This document shows, piece by piece, positions 37,138-51,179 of a stretch of 64,000 nucleotides of DNA. Source of the stretch: Octopus bimaculoides (taxonomy: Eukaryota); contig NC_068982.1 of the NCBI RefSeq assembly GCF_001194135.2, positions 31,083,916-31,147,915 of the forward strand, in the 5' to 3' direction. Position numbers and translations under genes: made by a program. Every line of letters begins with the position of its first letter. Position 1 is the first letter of the stretch. Below the pieces are notes generated by a model. It made no database searches. It was given only the letters and a program-made list of their open reading frames with translations, and was not told where the DNA came from.

Positions 37138-37711
37138 TGAACAAAATGCTTTTCCTCCACAAATATTTAAGAACACATTGAGTTGTTAATGTTTACTCGA
37201 AGTAAACAGTATAAACAATACATATCTTAATCTTCCCCAACTCATCACGAAGTTTTTTCTAATTGTTAAGCTGCTGAGCCAGAATTAAATTCAACCCAAC
37301 TTCTAATGTTGAGAAGCGGCGCCCTCTGCATTTTTATAAAGGTCTTTATATGAGCAGATACAAAGACGTGAAATAACATTAAATTGTTTTACACTTGAGC
37401 AAAGAAAATCAATAACATCTCACTCCTGATCACACAGTGGCTACTATTTACTGAATTTGATAATTTGATATATTTTATCCGTAATATATCTAGGATGGAT
37501 ATATCCTGGATAACAACAGTACCCGGAATTGTTAGTGAATCAACAAGTCTATTCTTCACCATTTTGACCTTTTCCAATTTTAATTAATCAGGACAATAAT
37601 ATATTTAATCATTTCAAAAATTATTTTTACTATTGAATTCTCTCCCTTGTCTCTGGTTTTACGGTGAAACTTCTGTGATATTTACTTGTCCTCAATATAG
37701 ATATTGTCTTT

Positions 37712-38085
37712 CGACAGGCAAAATTTTAGCGGCATTTCGTTCACACTTTGCGTTCTCAGTTGAGTTCAAATTCCGTCAAGGTCGACTTTGCCTTTCATCC
37801 TCTCGGGGTCAATAAAGTACCAGCTGAGTACTGGGATTTATGTAATCGACTTAACCCACCCTACCATCACGAAATTGCTGGCCTTGTGCCAAAATTTGAA
37901 ACTAATACAGATTTTACCTGAAGGCGGAGAACTGGCAGAACTGCTTGCACGATGGACAAATTCTTTCGCGCCATTTCGACCGTCTTTCCATACTGTGTTT
38001 AAATGCCACCAAAGGTCACTTTTGCCTTTCGTCATTTCGGGGTCGACAAAATAGGTACCATTTCAGCAATGGGGTTGATGTGCAT
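37712..38085 (+). mobile_element. SINE family B dimer (about 37712-37900 and 37919-38085)
   Basis: Family B core present twice. Confidence 0.85.
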
Positions 38086-38397
38086 ATTTTTATAAAGGAA
38101 TACTTTTAGCTGCATTTGAATTGGAGCTGTTGTCTTTTAAATTGATTACTGTTTTTAACTTAAGTTAATTCTCCTTGAAGTTGAATTTCAGAACTGCACT
38201 GATGAAATCTTATATAAGGAAACACTCACGCAAATGGACTAATGGAATCATGAAAAATGCAGTTGAGATAACAGAATCTACGAAACATATAAACCATATC
38301 ATTTTTGTTCTATAAATTTAATTAAACTTTTATTTAAACAAAGAAAACGTAAAAAAATTACATTCATTATTATAAAAAAAAAAAAAATAAAAAAAAA

Positions 38398-38790
38398 TGA
38401 AGGCGGTGAGATGGCAGAATCGCTAGCACGCCGGCAAACTGCTTAACGGCACTTCGTCGGTCTTTACGTCTTGAGTTCAAATTCCGTCGAGGTCAACTTT
38501 GCCTTTTATCCTTCTGAGGTCGATAAAATAAGTATCAGTTGAACAGTGGAGTCGAAGTAATCGAATAGTCCTCTGCCCCCGCAATTTCAATCCTTGTGCC
38601 TATAGCAGGAAGGATTATTATAAAAGAAATGAAGGCTGTGATCTGGAAGAATCGTTAACACGCCGGGCAAAATGCTAAGCCGTATTCTGTCAGTTTTTAT
38701 ATTCTCGGTTCAAATTCCGCCGACGTCGACTTTGTCATTCATCCTTTCGATTTATCCACGCCTAGTAATTTCTGGCCTACATTTGAGCTC
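38398..38790 (+). mobile_element. SINE family B dimer (about 38398-38620 and 38629-38790)
   Basis: Family B head and core present twice. Confidence 0.88.
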
Positions 38791-39195
38791 ATTAATATAA
38801 AAGATATTAATACTGAATTGTAAAAATGCAGAAACCCTATTATTGTATTGAAAGAAATTCAGTGTAGAATGGTTGATAAATATAGTGGTAACCACACTTA
38901 GGTTCTATACGTAAAATTATAGGGTCTGTATAGCCGAACGGTTAAGAAGTTTGCTTCACAACCACGAAATGCTCAGTTCAATCTATTTGAGAGGAATTTT
39001 GAATAAATGTCATTTTGCATAGTCATGAAACGATCTAGACGTTATGACCACACAAACTATAAAGTATCATGTGAAGCTCTTGAGAATTATGTTAAATAGC
39101 CACATGCTTGTAGAATGGTTACATGCACGCCAATTCCACGAGCAGTTTATTCAGCTGATCTCACAACGGAATCATCGTCGTCAAACGACGGAAAT

Positions 39196-39246
<51 letters not shown>

Positions 39247-39247
39247 T

Positions 39248-39421
39248 AAAACGACGGGTTTCTTTCAGTTTTCATTTACCAAATTCACGCTTTGTTCGTC
39301 CTGGGGTCTTAGTAAAAGACACTTGTCCAAAGTGCCGCACAATGAGACTCAACTCGTAACCATGTGGTTAGCAATTAAGCTTTGTATTATACAGCCACAT
39401 CTGCAGCTCTACCCGCGCCTA
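39248..39421 (-). mobile_element. SINE family A, 5' half
   Basis: gacgggtttctttcagttt...gacacttgtccaaagtgcc...accatgtggtt...cagccac, adjacent to a (CA)n tract. Confidence 0.8.
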
Positions 39422-39864
39422 CGTCTTGAGCCACGCCTGCTTTTATAAATAGATATATTCATATATTTATATGTATGTATATAACATATTATACAAACAT
39501 AGGTTAACTTTACCTCACTTCTATCAGTCTAATCTAAGAACATGACACATGATTACTAAGTTCTTAAAAGGAAATAAATTACAATGTTAAAACAGCAACA
39601 TTCGTCAAAATAGTAAACTTGAAACATTGAAAACAACTTGAAGTCTGTATATTGTCTGTTCCGTTCAAGTATCAATAGATTGGCATAAAGCTATTAATCT
39701 TCCTCACTTCGTCAACTAGGTAAGAATTTGGATGAAATGAGATATGGGAAGCTGATATCGTTCTTAACATAAAAAAAATCTAAAATCTCTAATTAACAAT
39801 CCCACAATTTCTATATCTTCTGCACAAGACTATATTAAATATATGTTAAAACTACGAATTTAAG

Positions 39865-39925
39865 AATATATATATATATGCGCGCGCGCGTGTGTGTGCA
39901 GATAGATAAATAGATAGATAAATAA

Positions 39926-39976
<51 letters not shown>

Positions 39977-40230
39977 TGCGTACATACATTCACACACACA
40001 TACATATCTACGTGTATGTGTGTGTGTATGTGTATATGTGTGTGTGTGTATGTGTATATTTGTGTGTGTGTGTATTTAGAAAATATCACACAATATTTCG
40101 ATATTTCTTCATGGTAATCTTTGCAGAGAGTGCAATGAAAAATAATACTTCAATTTCCGAGCAAGAATATAATGATACATAAAAATGACATGCCACCTAA
40201 AAGAATTTAAAACTTTAACCTATCTGTCTG

Positions 40231-40301
<71 letters not shown>

Positions 40302-40320
40302 GCATGCGTGTGTGTGTGCT
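39865..40320. repeat. (GATA)n, (TG)n and (TATC)n microsatellite cluster
   Basis: Direct reading. Confidence 0.9.
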
Positions 40321-40379
40321 AGACCTCTGAACACGATACTCATCCATATTGTTAAGGTAATACCTACGACATTTTGGAA

Positions 40380-42215
40380 ACAACTTAATAGAACTAAAAA
40401 TGTATGGCAGGCAGAAAACTACAAACTACAGACATGCTGGCTATCAGAAGCATCCTACTTCTTTCCAGCCTGAATTTCCATAAAGCTGATTGGAAGAGCA
40501 TTCAGAAAGAAGTCATGGAACAAAACTGGTCTACCAGTCTCTCAGCATAAGATACGTATTGACATAAAGCTACAAACCTTCATGCCAATCACGCATAACA
40601 AATGCAGTATCTTTGCTCGAGAGAGAATGTGAAACCGACAGATTCTAATGAGACGACAAGTAAAGGTTTTAAACTGTCTAAACGAACCACTAAAAATAGC
40701 GAAGAATCCTATCTCAAACAAATATTGCCCGAGATTGAAAGTTAACTCAAACACTTCCGCAAAGAGAAGAAGCACAGAAAGAAGTCGGACAGGAAAGAAG
40801 TAAAGTCAAACCATAAAGTCTCCTATACATTTGTAAAAGAGTCTGCTTCAATATGATGCGGCGATTGTTCGAAGAAAATGGCTCACTGAGTGCTCTCTCC
40901 CAGAGTATAAATGAAATACAGAATGTGCAATGCAAAAGTGTTTGGACCCTTGCAAATAGCTAAGCTTGATGTGTTCTGCATTATAGTTCTACACAAAGAG
41001 ATGGCAAAGTGGATGTGAAATATCTTGACTTTGAAAAGACTTTTGAAAGGGTTAATCATGGAATATGTCAAAAGTTACGGTGACCTAGCATAATCAGAAA
41101 ACTGGGAGAGCGGTTACACGACATCTTAAAAGACAAAAGCCTGACTGTGGTAGCCAATGGGGTTCACTCCAAGGAGACTGTAATGGCGAGTGGAGTGTCT
41201 TGTGGGACTCTCTTGAGGCCATTATTGTTTATGGTGGCCTTTTCGGACATGCCGCCAGTTGAACAGACTGCCTCACTTAGTAACCATGCTACCGACACGA
41301 AAGTATTCAAAACAGTCAAGGAACCGTTTGATGCTAATCTATAGAAATACCTAAGTGACTTATATAAACGGAGTGAAGAAAATAGTATGCAATTTTGTAT
41401 AGGAAAATTCCAAGCCTTCCGCTATCAGCTTGCTTATATTAACATGCTACAACAAAGATCATTTGGACGAAAAGGAGCAGCGATCCCAGAATCAAGTACA
41501 GGGCGTTATCTGGGATTGATATGAGCAACAACACTTCGTTTCACGTACATATCACCAAGATATCTGCAATGAGAAGGCGAATGGCTGGATTGATTCTGAG
41601 AACTATCAGAACAAAGAATCAAGAAACAATGCTGGGTCTATGGCTGACATTTCTTCTCAGCCTTCTGGACTATTGCTCTCAACTTTGGTCATCCTACAGT
41701 ATCATACTAAGAGCGGAACTTGAGTTAGTTCAACAGTGCTAGATCAGGAAAATAGAATTGGTGTAACAGCTGAGGTACTGGGAGAGACAGAAAGATCTAC
41801 GACTATATACATTGGATCGAAGACAGACGTCACACACATGAAAGGTCCTGGTGGGCTTGGTACCAAGTTTTGTTATTGAGAGCTAAACTAGCCCTCTGCC
41901 TGGCCGTCACTGCACTGTTCCAATGTCCCAGCCATCCTGTCTGGGGTGAGGATCATGCAAGAACTTGGGATTCAAGGGCACAAGACTTCTTAATACCCTC
42001 TCAAGATATCTGAAAGATCTAGACGGAGAGGAGGAAGATGAACGTCTACAGTCCAAGGTCCCAGACGAACCAAGATCATGGCAAGAAAAACAAAAGAGGA
42101 CAACAATACCGACCACTTTACTTCACCAAATCCCAGTAGCAAACAGAATGTTCATTGAAAATGTATTAAAGCTAGCTGTGCCCCATCATAGGCACAGCCT
42201 TTGGGGAAAAGCATA
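40380..42215 (+). mobile_element. Heavily degenerate CR1-group LINE (linker, RT, 3' end)
   Basis: LNFHKADWKSI, VDVKYLDFEKTFERVNHG, SGVSCGTLLRPLLF, HATDTKV (YADD site), LDYCSQLWS, GTRLLNTL..YLKDL, KVPDEP. Confidence 0.88.
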
Positions 42216-43180
42216 AAGAATAAGAGAATAAAAGAACCCAAAATACACAAACACACACACATATATATATATATATATACATGTTTGTGTGTGTGTGAAG
42301 TTCATTAGCATATGTTCGTTGTTCATCAGTGCGCTTTATAATCGGGTATGGGTAATGTGTGTGAAGAAAAATATATGTATTTACAGAAATACTGAACAAA
42401 TTTATGCAGACTTTTAACTTCCTGAATGAAGTGAAATAGCTAGGTGGATGTGCAAGGCTGTGCACCGATGTGACCTGNNNNNNNNNNNNNNNNNNNNNNN
42501 NNNNNNNNNNNNNNNNNNNNNNNNNNNNNNNNNNNNNNNNNNNNNNNNNNNNNNNNNNNNNNNNNNNNNNNNNNNNNNNNNNNNNNNNNNNNNNNNNNNN
42601 NNNNNNNNNNNNNNNNNNNNNNNNNNNNNNNNNNNNNNNNNNNNNNNNNNNNNNNNNNNNNNNNNNNNNNNNNNNNNNNNNNNNNNNNNNNNNNNNNNNN
42701 NNNNNNNNNNNNNNNNNNNNNNNNNNNNNNNNNNNNNNNNNNNNNNNNNNNNNNNNNNNNNNNNNNNNNNNNNNNNNNNNNNNNNNNNNNNNNNNNNNNN
42801 NNNNNNNNNNNNNNNNNNNNNNNNNNNNNNNNNNNNNNNNNNNNNNNNNNNNNNNNNNNNNNNNNNNNNNNNNNNNNNNNNNNNNNNNNNNNNNNNNNNN
42901 NNNNNNNNNNNNNNNNNNNNNNNNNNNNNNNNNNNNNNNNNNNNNNNNNNNNNNNNNNNNNNNNNNNNNNNNNNNNNNNNNNNNNNNNNNNNNNNNNNNN
43001 NNNNNNNNNNNNNNNNNNNNNNNNNNNNNNNNNNNNNNNNNNNNNNNNNNNNNNNNNNNNNNNNNNNNNNNNNNNNNNNNNNNNNNNNNNNNNNNNNNNN
43101 NNNNNNNNNNNNNNNNNNNNNNNNNNNNNNNNNNNNNNNNNNNNNNNNNNNNNNNNNNNNNNNNNNNNNNNNNNNNNNNN

Positions 43181-43182
43181 AT

Positions 43183-43220
<38 letters not shown>

Positions 43221-43246
43221 GGAAGATAGATAGATAGATAGACATG

Positions 43247-43292
<46 letters not shown>

Positions 43293-43335
43293 GATAGATT
43301 GATAGATGGATGTAATATATGTGTGTGCGCATATT

Positions 43336-43367
<32 letters not shown>

Positions 43368-43381
43368 AAGAAAGAACGAAT

Positions 43382-43435
<54 letters not shown>
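43181..43435. repeat. (GATA)n, (TATC)n and (GA)n microsatellites
   Basis: Direct reading. Confidence 0.95.
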
Positions 43436-45524
43436 ATGGAATTATGGAAAGAAAGTAAGAGTAAGAGAGAGAATGAAAGAAAGCAGTTGTTTGAACTCAA
43501 ATGGAAAGTTTTAGGATGGAAGTTATTCAAGTTTCCCATAAACTGATTTCCTCTGGGAAAGACAGTTCTAATGGACATATAATTGGATTTCTCATGTCTT
43601 TTAGTAAAAACCTCTCTGATAATATAGTTGTGTTGTTTTTCTTCTAATCTGTTATTGTTTTATGCTTCAATAATTGCACAGCTTCTGGCTTAGTGGCATT
43701 GGGTATTGTTGGTACTCTAAGCTTAATGCTACTGTGTAGTGTTTAGCTCTGTCTAAACGGCGTATCTTTACTTTAGCTGCCCGGCTGATACGAATTGCTT
43801 GCATAGAGTAACCGTTCAAATTTCCCACTAGCGTTTTGATATCTTTTATAGAAAGCCCATTCAAATAAGCATCATACAATCTCTTTGTTGTACAGATTTC
43901 TGTTAAGAAAACTTAAGGTTAATATATGTTTTAGTGGCAGGCAAAGTCGATGGGACCAAATGCAGGATGTTACTGGCATTTTTTTTTTCATAAAAATGCC
44001 AGTGATATGAAATGTAATGTTGGTACCTGTTGTTTTCACGGTTGTCCAATAGCCTTAGTTGATCTATACTTAGTCATATCGTACGGGCACGTTTCAGAGT
44101 TGGTAGAATACTTAGATGCGACAAACTTGCTCCATGAATGTCTATATCAGATCAAAGCAGAACCCACCGAAGACTCACTTAGTTATCTCCCTAGCTAAGA
44201 TTTTCTCCTATATTTTTCATTCAAATAATTTTCCATTATTTTGTTCCAGTTTATATAGAACTTGTTTTGTCTTAATCTAATTCCTCCTTTTTTATATCTC
44301 ACTCTAGTTACTCAAATCTTTGTACATCTCATCTCTATATTTCTTTTGCTCTGTCCCTCTATCTCTCTTTATAATTTATTCTGCTCTCAGCGATCTTGAT
44401 TTCTTAAGAGCTGTCACTAATATGGCTATAACTTGCTCCTGTCTACCCGTCCCACCTTTACTTGTGTCTTTCTGTTACATTTTCTATATATTTTCTCTTA
44501 TTCTCTTACACGTAAACTACTAATGGCCAAATGGTCAACAGATATATATTGTATAAAAGTGGATGTCATAGAAGATGTAAGAAAACAAAAAAAAATCGAG
44601 GCAAAAAATTAATCCTAATAGTTCGCAGTACAGGTCAATAAATTGATTTCCTGTGAGAAAAGTTTGTCTAAAACCTTAAATGTTTTACTCTTCACAGCAA
44701 AAGAACTTACCAAATATCCATCGAAATTTCCCAAAGAAGCAGTATTTTGATGATAAAGACCCATATATGAAGCATGGTGAAGAATTGTTTTACAGGTGCC
44801 AAAATGTATGAAGAGGAGGGTGAATTGTTGATGATGACGATAATATTGATTACGAGACTCGTGGATATTAATTTCCTACGTTTGCTTGTGATAACGTTTT
44901 ATTCGCAAACAATGTAATTCAAAGGACACATTAATGTAATACGACATTTGCAAAATAAACAATTATGTGTTTACATTTATATAAGCACATACAAACCGCT
45001 ACATACGCAGAATACGTCAGGGAATTGCTTAAGTATATGAAAAAATATCATCATCATCATCATCATCAAGACCACTGTCGCCGCCGTCGGCATCGTCAAC
45101 ATTAACATTTCTCTCGTGTTCATCAATCGAATTAGACGGATTTAATCGATAGCAGTTGTTCCAAGATAAAGTGTTGTTTAACTCTAGGTAAATTATGATT
45201 GAGCAGACGTCAGTTCAAACACAATGTAGCCATGAAATGACTAGACCATCTTTCCTTTCAGACGTTGTGTATATAAGGCTACATCATCCAAAGAGTTTTT
45301 ACTCTCCCTTTAAGACACAATGGTATAAATTAAAGAAAATTCGGGATTATTTTATTAAGGCATGTAATGAAGAAGTAAATAAAAGCCAGATTTTGAATAT
45401 ATGTGGGACCAAAAATGTTTGCTTTCATTTGTACACCGATAATATTGGGTATTTTCTTCAATTGCCCCTGAAAGTGGCTATCGAAATATGTTGAATACTG
45501 TGATGGATGATTTCATTAAATATA

Positions 45525-45755
45525 TATAGCGAGAGAGAGGGGGAGGGAAAAAGAGAAAGGGAGACAGAGAAAGGAAAAGAGAAACCAGGAGAGAGAGAAC
45601 AGGACAGAGAAATGGACAGAGAGTGAGAAGGAGAGAGGGAGAGAAGGAGGGAGAGAGAAGGAAAGAAATAGAGAGAGAGAAAAAGAGAAAGACAGAGTAA
45701 CAGAGAGAGAAACAAACAAAGAAACAGGGAGAGAGAGAGAAAAAGAGAGAGAAAA
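45525..45755. repeat. GA-rich polypurine tract
   Basis: Direct reading. Confidence 0.9.
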
Positions 45756-45949
45756 TACGTGTGGCCGAAATGGGGACCCTCTGAATGGTCTCTGGTGTAA
45801 CGTTACTCGTTCAGGCGTCTCTTCAGGTTGAGATGCTGCGTCTCCGCATTGAGAGGTTACAACAGCCGTACTACAGACATGTGATTGAAATGTCGCAGGG
45901 AAAGAATTGCAAGACGGGTTCTTCAAGACGAGCTAACCGGCAGCAGACT

Positions 45950-46096
45950 TAAGAGTAGACCAAGAACGGGAGGCATGATAATATCAGCCTGTGAGTCTAA
46001 TGTAGATTGCATCTGACAGGACCTTATGGAAGAGGTGCTTGAGGACTTTACGCTCATGAACCTCTCTGTGGACAGAAAAGATAGATGATGGAAGGA

Positions 46097-46098
<2 letters not shown>
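45950..46098 (+). mobile_element. Possible RTE-like LINE 3' fragment
   Basis: MEEVLEDFTLMNLSVDRKDR loosely resembles the W.EVV..DL..LNL......DR..WR tail. Confidence 0.35.
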
Positions 46099-46135
<37 letters not shown>

Positions 46136-46160
46136 ACACACACTCACACNNNNNNNNNNN

Positions 46161-46225
<65 letters not shown>

Positions 46226-46528
46226 TATCATTTCAGTACTTAAAGGTACTTAAATGATAGGCACCAGGTTGAGTCGAATTAGCTTGTAAACTGCACCTTT
46301 AGTCGAATAAATATACTGGGTACCGAAGAACATCCAGTGAAATTTTCAGGTAATATATACAGATAATTTAACCCTTATGAGTATTTCAATAGTCTATGGG
46401 CTAATCCAAAATTGTACGTTGCATTGATCGTACGGTATTTGATATATTCCAGAATGTCCCACGGTTCAGAATTCCAGTGAAGTGCATTATGAACAAATAA
46501 GTAACAAACGATAGATAAGTGTCTCTTT

Positions 46529-46644
46529 ATTACAGTTGTTTCCAACAGATTTTTTAAATAGATTAACGAATATTTTTTTTTATATAGTTATGATGTAATG
46601 TACTCGTTAATTTCTTTAACAAATCCGTTGGAAACAGCTGTAAT
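46529..46644. repeat. Inverted repeat with ~45-bp arms (outer 24 bp match 22/24)
   Basis: attacagttgtttccaacagattt versus aaatccgttggaaacagctgtaat. Right arm carries GAAAC-AGCT-GTA, the same HHR 3' half as at 26243. Confidence 0.85.
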
Positions 46645-46668
46645 GAAGTGGTGCTTATCCATCGTTCG

Positions 46669-46669
<1 letters not shown>

Positions 46670-46706
<37 letters not shown>

Positions 46707-46746
46707 ATAGAGAGAGAGCGAGAGAGATACATAGATAGATAGATAA

Positions 46747-46808
<62 letters not shown>

Positions 46809-46810
46809 GG
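46670..46810. repeat. (TA)n/(GA)n/(GATA)n microsatellite
   Basis: Direct reading. Confidence 0.95.
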
Positions 46811-46869
46811 ATACACTATTCTACCTGTTTTTTTTTTATCTCGTGTTGTGGCCAATGCTACACTTATTG

Positions 46870-47250
46870 CTAGACTTCTAGCAATCCCTGTTTGGGTGGT
46901 TGTAATGAGTGGGGTACTTCGATGTTGCTGCCTTCACTTGCTATTCATCTGGAATATCAGTTAATAGGATGTCTAGTTGTCTTTTGAAAACGTCCACATC
47001 CACAGTACATATATTTTTCAAGCACTTTAGTTGAATATTGCAGAACTGTAAGAGCTGGTCCTAATTGTTAGCGAATGTTGAAGAACTAGCCTAATATCAT
47101 GGTGTGCTGTTTGTAAATTTTTGTAACGTTCAACACCAAAGTGTGGCGCAAGCTTTTCAAGGAGCTTCCCTGGTATATTTTTCCTGTCTTCACTCTATAG
47201 AATAGAGCTTTAATTCAGTTTGTCTCTGCTCATTGGTAGCTCGTTTGTTA
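46870..47250 (-). mobile_element. CR1-group LINE 3' fragment
   Basis: Minus translation includes ..LYSI..RQE.Y.. and VDVDVFKRQLDILLTDIPDE. Confidence 0.75.
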
Positions 47251-48203
47251 CATACAGAAAATCCTTTCTGTGGCAGCTTGGGTTGCTTCTTGATGTGCTG
47301 TTAATTTCACCATATGTCGTGCTCATAATTGAAGGAAATAGTTGATACAGCTGAGAAAATGATATCATTCATAAGACCAGCTTTTCGCAATATTCTGCCA
47401 CGGTTGCCGACTGTTATGAATTCCTTCCTGCAGTCCGATAATCTAATCGCCTCAAAAAGCCAAGCAAAGTACCATTTGGAAAGCCGTACACATCTACTTC
47501 GTGTCGAGTAAATAAGGAACACGAGAAAGGAAAATTGTGGCTTTGTTGCTCACTGCGCCTCTACTACTAGAGACCAATAAATGGCTTTCTATGCTATGAC
47601 CTGAGGTACGCACCTTAGCCTTGAGAAGGCAACCTTTGTGCTTCACGTTGAGAAAGTGTTAAAGGAGTAATCTCCTCGATGCAAGCGCTTAGTCTGCAAT
47701 GCCTTTCCCAAACGCCTTTTCCAAATTTCTAATCAGTCTACTTTTCTCTACCGTTACTTCATCAAACACAACCGATTCTACTCTAAACGTTCTTTTCGTA
47801 GCACACAGCCATTTGTTGTTAACAACTGCCCCCGCCAACGTCCGTTTAACTCGCTAAACCCTCTAAGCTTGGTGCACTGGGATGCGATCATCCTCCAGTA
47901 ACTGTCCCTTTGTCTGCGAACCCTACCTTGGTTGTCTGCACTGATCACAAATTTGTGGTCAGTATAGCTGAGTACTTTCAATTGTAGATAACACATGCTG
48001 TCCCTTCTACTGGCCTACATATTACTCTATAAATATTACAATCTGGATTATCTTATGAAGTCTCTCCATGTCCATATTAGAGAATCTAGTTCATAATTTC
48101 CAGACAGCAGGAACTGCGTAGACTAATTTGCCAGAGTATTTCACTTTTGTTTCCTATCCGATGTTCGGAATTTTTGTTTTCCAAAAATCTAATCTGTTAT
48201 GTG

Positions 48204-48265
<62 letters not shown>

Positions 48266-48266
<1 letters not shown>

Positions 48267-48775
48267 TGTCCTGATCCAGTACCAAGCAGTGGCTCTCATA
48301 GCTTTTGATCTTAACTTACAGTAAATGTTATCATGTACATTGTTTTGTATTGGTATAAAAAATGGGTTACAGCAAATATTCTGCTCAATACCACAAATTT
48401 GCTTGTCAGTTGTTTGAAATTAACCAGCTGAGCATGCTCCATAGTGGCTGGCGATATGTGCATCTCTGATCACGAGCAGAGGTCGTGGGGGAGCATCATA
48501 GCCATGTGTTTAGAGGAATTCTTTGGGGTTTGAATAATTCGCCTCTGGAATCATGAGTGTTTTGTTCATTATCCTTAAAACAAACGTTATTCAAGGACCT
48601 GCAAGGTCACGCGCTGTTTATCTTGTCATAAGATCACCATGTCACGCGACATATGGTTGTGATGTATGGAGCCTGGTGTATCCTTAGTAGATGGGTGGTC
48701 ATGATAGGTATAGTGGCCTTTGTATATTTTATCCCTGTGTCACTTTGATAGCATTCACTACTCTTTCACTCAATA
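48266..48775. mobile_element. Non-coding ~510-bp element bounded by (AAT)n on both sides
   Basis: Complex sequence between (AAT)n at 48204-48265 and aataataataac at 48772. No ORF. I recall it as an abundant octopus repeat, which I cannot verify from this window. Confidence 0.5.
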
Positions 48776-49026
48776 ATAATAACAGCAACAACAACAACAA
48801 CAGCAATCACAACAATAGTAAACGATATTTGTTATGAATGCTTACTGCGAGAAAACTGGAAAACAAACTGCCCTAGCTGCCCTTCCAAATGGTTCAATAG
48901 GAACTCTGTACAAGAAGCTGTTTTTGTTTTACACTCAGCAACTGCTGCATGAAAGCGATTTGGATCCATATCATAACAGCTCACTAACAAATAAGAACGA
49001 AAAACAACATCGATGATAACTACAAC

Positions 49027-49094
<68 letters not shown>

Positions 49095-49096
<2 letters not shown>

Positions 49097-49310
49097 GTTC
49101 AGTACTTTTATTTTTATAACGTGCTTTCACTTCACTACCGAGCGCAGCTCTGTGTGCCTTGAGTATGTGCTGTGGTTTGCTGTGGTGCTCTTATGTTTAC
49201 TGTATTGAAAGTGTTTTGCGTAGAATGTGTGCAGTACCCAGTAGTGCAATTTTCTGTATGTTATATATATTTGTAAGTCCTGGTGTTTTTGTTATGTATT
49301 TGTCTGAATA

Positions 49311-49312
<2 letters not shown>
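49095..49312 (-). mobile_element. R4/Dong-like extreme 3' fragment embedded in (ATT)n
   Basis: Minus translation SDKYITKTPGLTNIYNIQKIALLGTAHILRKTLSIQ*, then a short UTR. (ATT)n at 49027-49096 and 49313-49366. Confidence 0.88.
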
Positions 49313-49366
<54 letters not shown>

Positions 49367-49449
49367 GCAACACCATCAGTAGTAGCAGTAGTAGTAGTTG
49401 ATGTTATTTTTGATGGCGATTTTTGATGGCGATGATGATGATGATCAAC

Positions 49450-50840
49450 TGATTATATTAAAGAGTACACAAGACGAAATGACAAGAAACTAACACAAAA
49501 CAAACGACAAAAAGGAAAAACATTGGAAACAAAAGCGTTGATCACTAACATAATAATTCTTAATAATACAAAACGTAGCAAAGCACAAACAATGATATGA
49601 AGAAAAGGGGACGCAACGAAAATTTGAAAATAGAAAATTCTAAAGGCGAGAATCATGACGATAACAATCTAAAGGTGAAAATTAAATAATTTAAACAATT
49701 GAAGATCTGTGTATAGATCAACAAAATTGCCTGCCAAAGATTAACTGAATTATAAAACAGCATGAAAAATAATGCATCTTACGCATTTATCAATGGAGAA
49801 AGCAAAAACTCTTCGGCATGCATCAAAGAAAAAAAAATCTCAAAAACCCTTAAGAAACAGAATCAAGTTTTCCAAATTTCATCAACTCCTCAGTTGCCAA
49901 ACATCGTCACTGCAGTATAGAAGTCCAACAAAAATAATTATAGAGACGTCTCAAAATATATTTCACACGACAGCACGTAAAATACAACTTCAGTAACACA
50001 CCTGCAAAAGAATCAATATAACCTGTTATATGTCCTCCGATAACCGATATTCTATAATCTATAAAGCCTTACCTGCAATGTTATCGCAGAAAGTGAACAA
50101 ATACGAAGGAGAAGACAACATATAAAGACCAGTTATTGATCAGCAAAACGATAGTCAAAATCTATCGACGGAAAAAGAAGGGTTTCAGCATGTCTTAGAT
50201 TGAATACTGGAAGGTTTTGGATAGTATCTTCCACAAACGATTAGAGAAGCACTAGCCATGAATAGGGTGGTACCAATAATAAGAAAATATATAGCAGCTA
50301 TGAGTAAATGTGAAACAGTTTTGCGATGGCAGATAGAAGAGGAAATTGTAAAAATTAAACTCTTTCCCAGGAGAAGAGAAATATTCCAAGAGACTTCTTC
50401 TCGCCACTCCTCTGTCTGGCACCAGCGTGCTTGACCGACATGGTAAACCGAGCTGGATGTTGATTGAAATGTTGTGGTAAGAGTATTAAATATCTTTCGC
50501 GTATGAATGATTTCAACTTCTATGTTGCACATGATAAGCAATTCGAAACAATAATGCAAACGATACGCGGATTTATTAAAGAAATATATATGAAATTCGG
50601 ATTAGAAAAATGCACGAAAGCAAACTTGAAAAGAGGAAAATAAATTTAGTGTAATAGTATTATACTAGAGAAGGGGACTTAGATTACCCAAGGATTACCA
50701 AAACACAGACATATAAATAATTGGTTGACAATGAACTAGACTATGTACAATAAACACAGATGACAAAAGAGAATAAAAACGAATAATTTAGGCGCATCAG
50801 ATTAATACTTAAAGCAAAGCTAAATGCAAGACATACGGTA
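49450..50840 (+). mobile_element. Highly degenerate R4/Dong-like fragment
   Basis: Near 50480-50640: KYLSRMNDFNFY (YMDD site) and MKFGLEKCTKANLKRGK; near 50810: KAKLNARH. Confidence 0.6.
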
Positions 50841-51175
<335 letters not shown>

Positions 51176-51179
51176 ATAC

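Noticed and set aside
39900-40300. Oppositely oriented (GATA)n and (TATC)n tracts (also 43181-43366) as a fold-back element
   Set aside because: Both orientations of this microsatellite are common throughout the window; no unique arms.
19006-43332. The longest ORFs in the track (200-386 aa)
   Set aside because: They consist almost entirely of X from N gaps plus microsatellite translations.
43972-44003. 12-bp hairpin resembling an intrinsic terminator
   Set aside because: Eukaryotic context and the arms are half A/T runs; no support for function.
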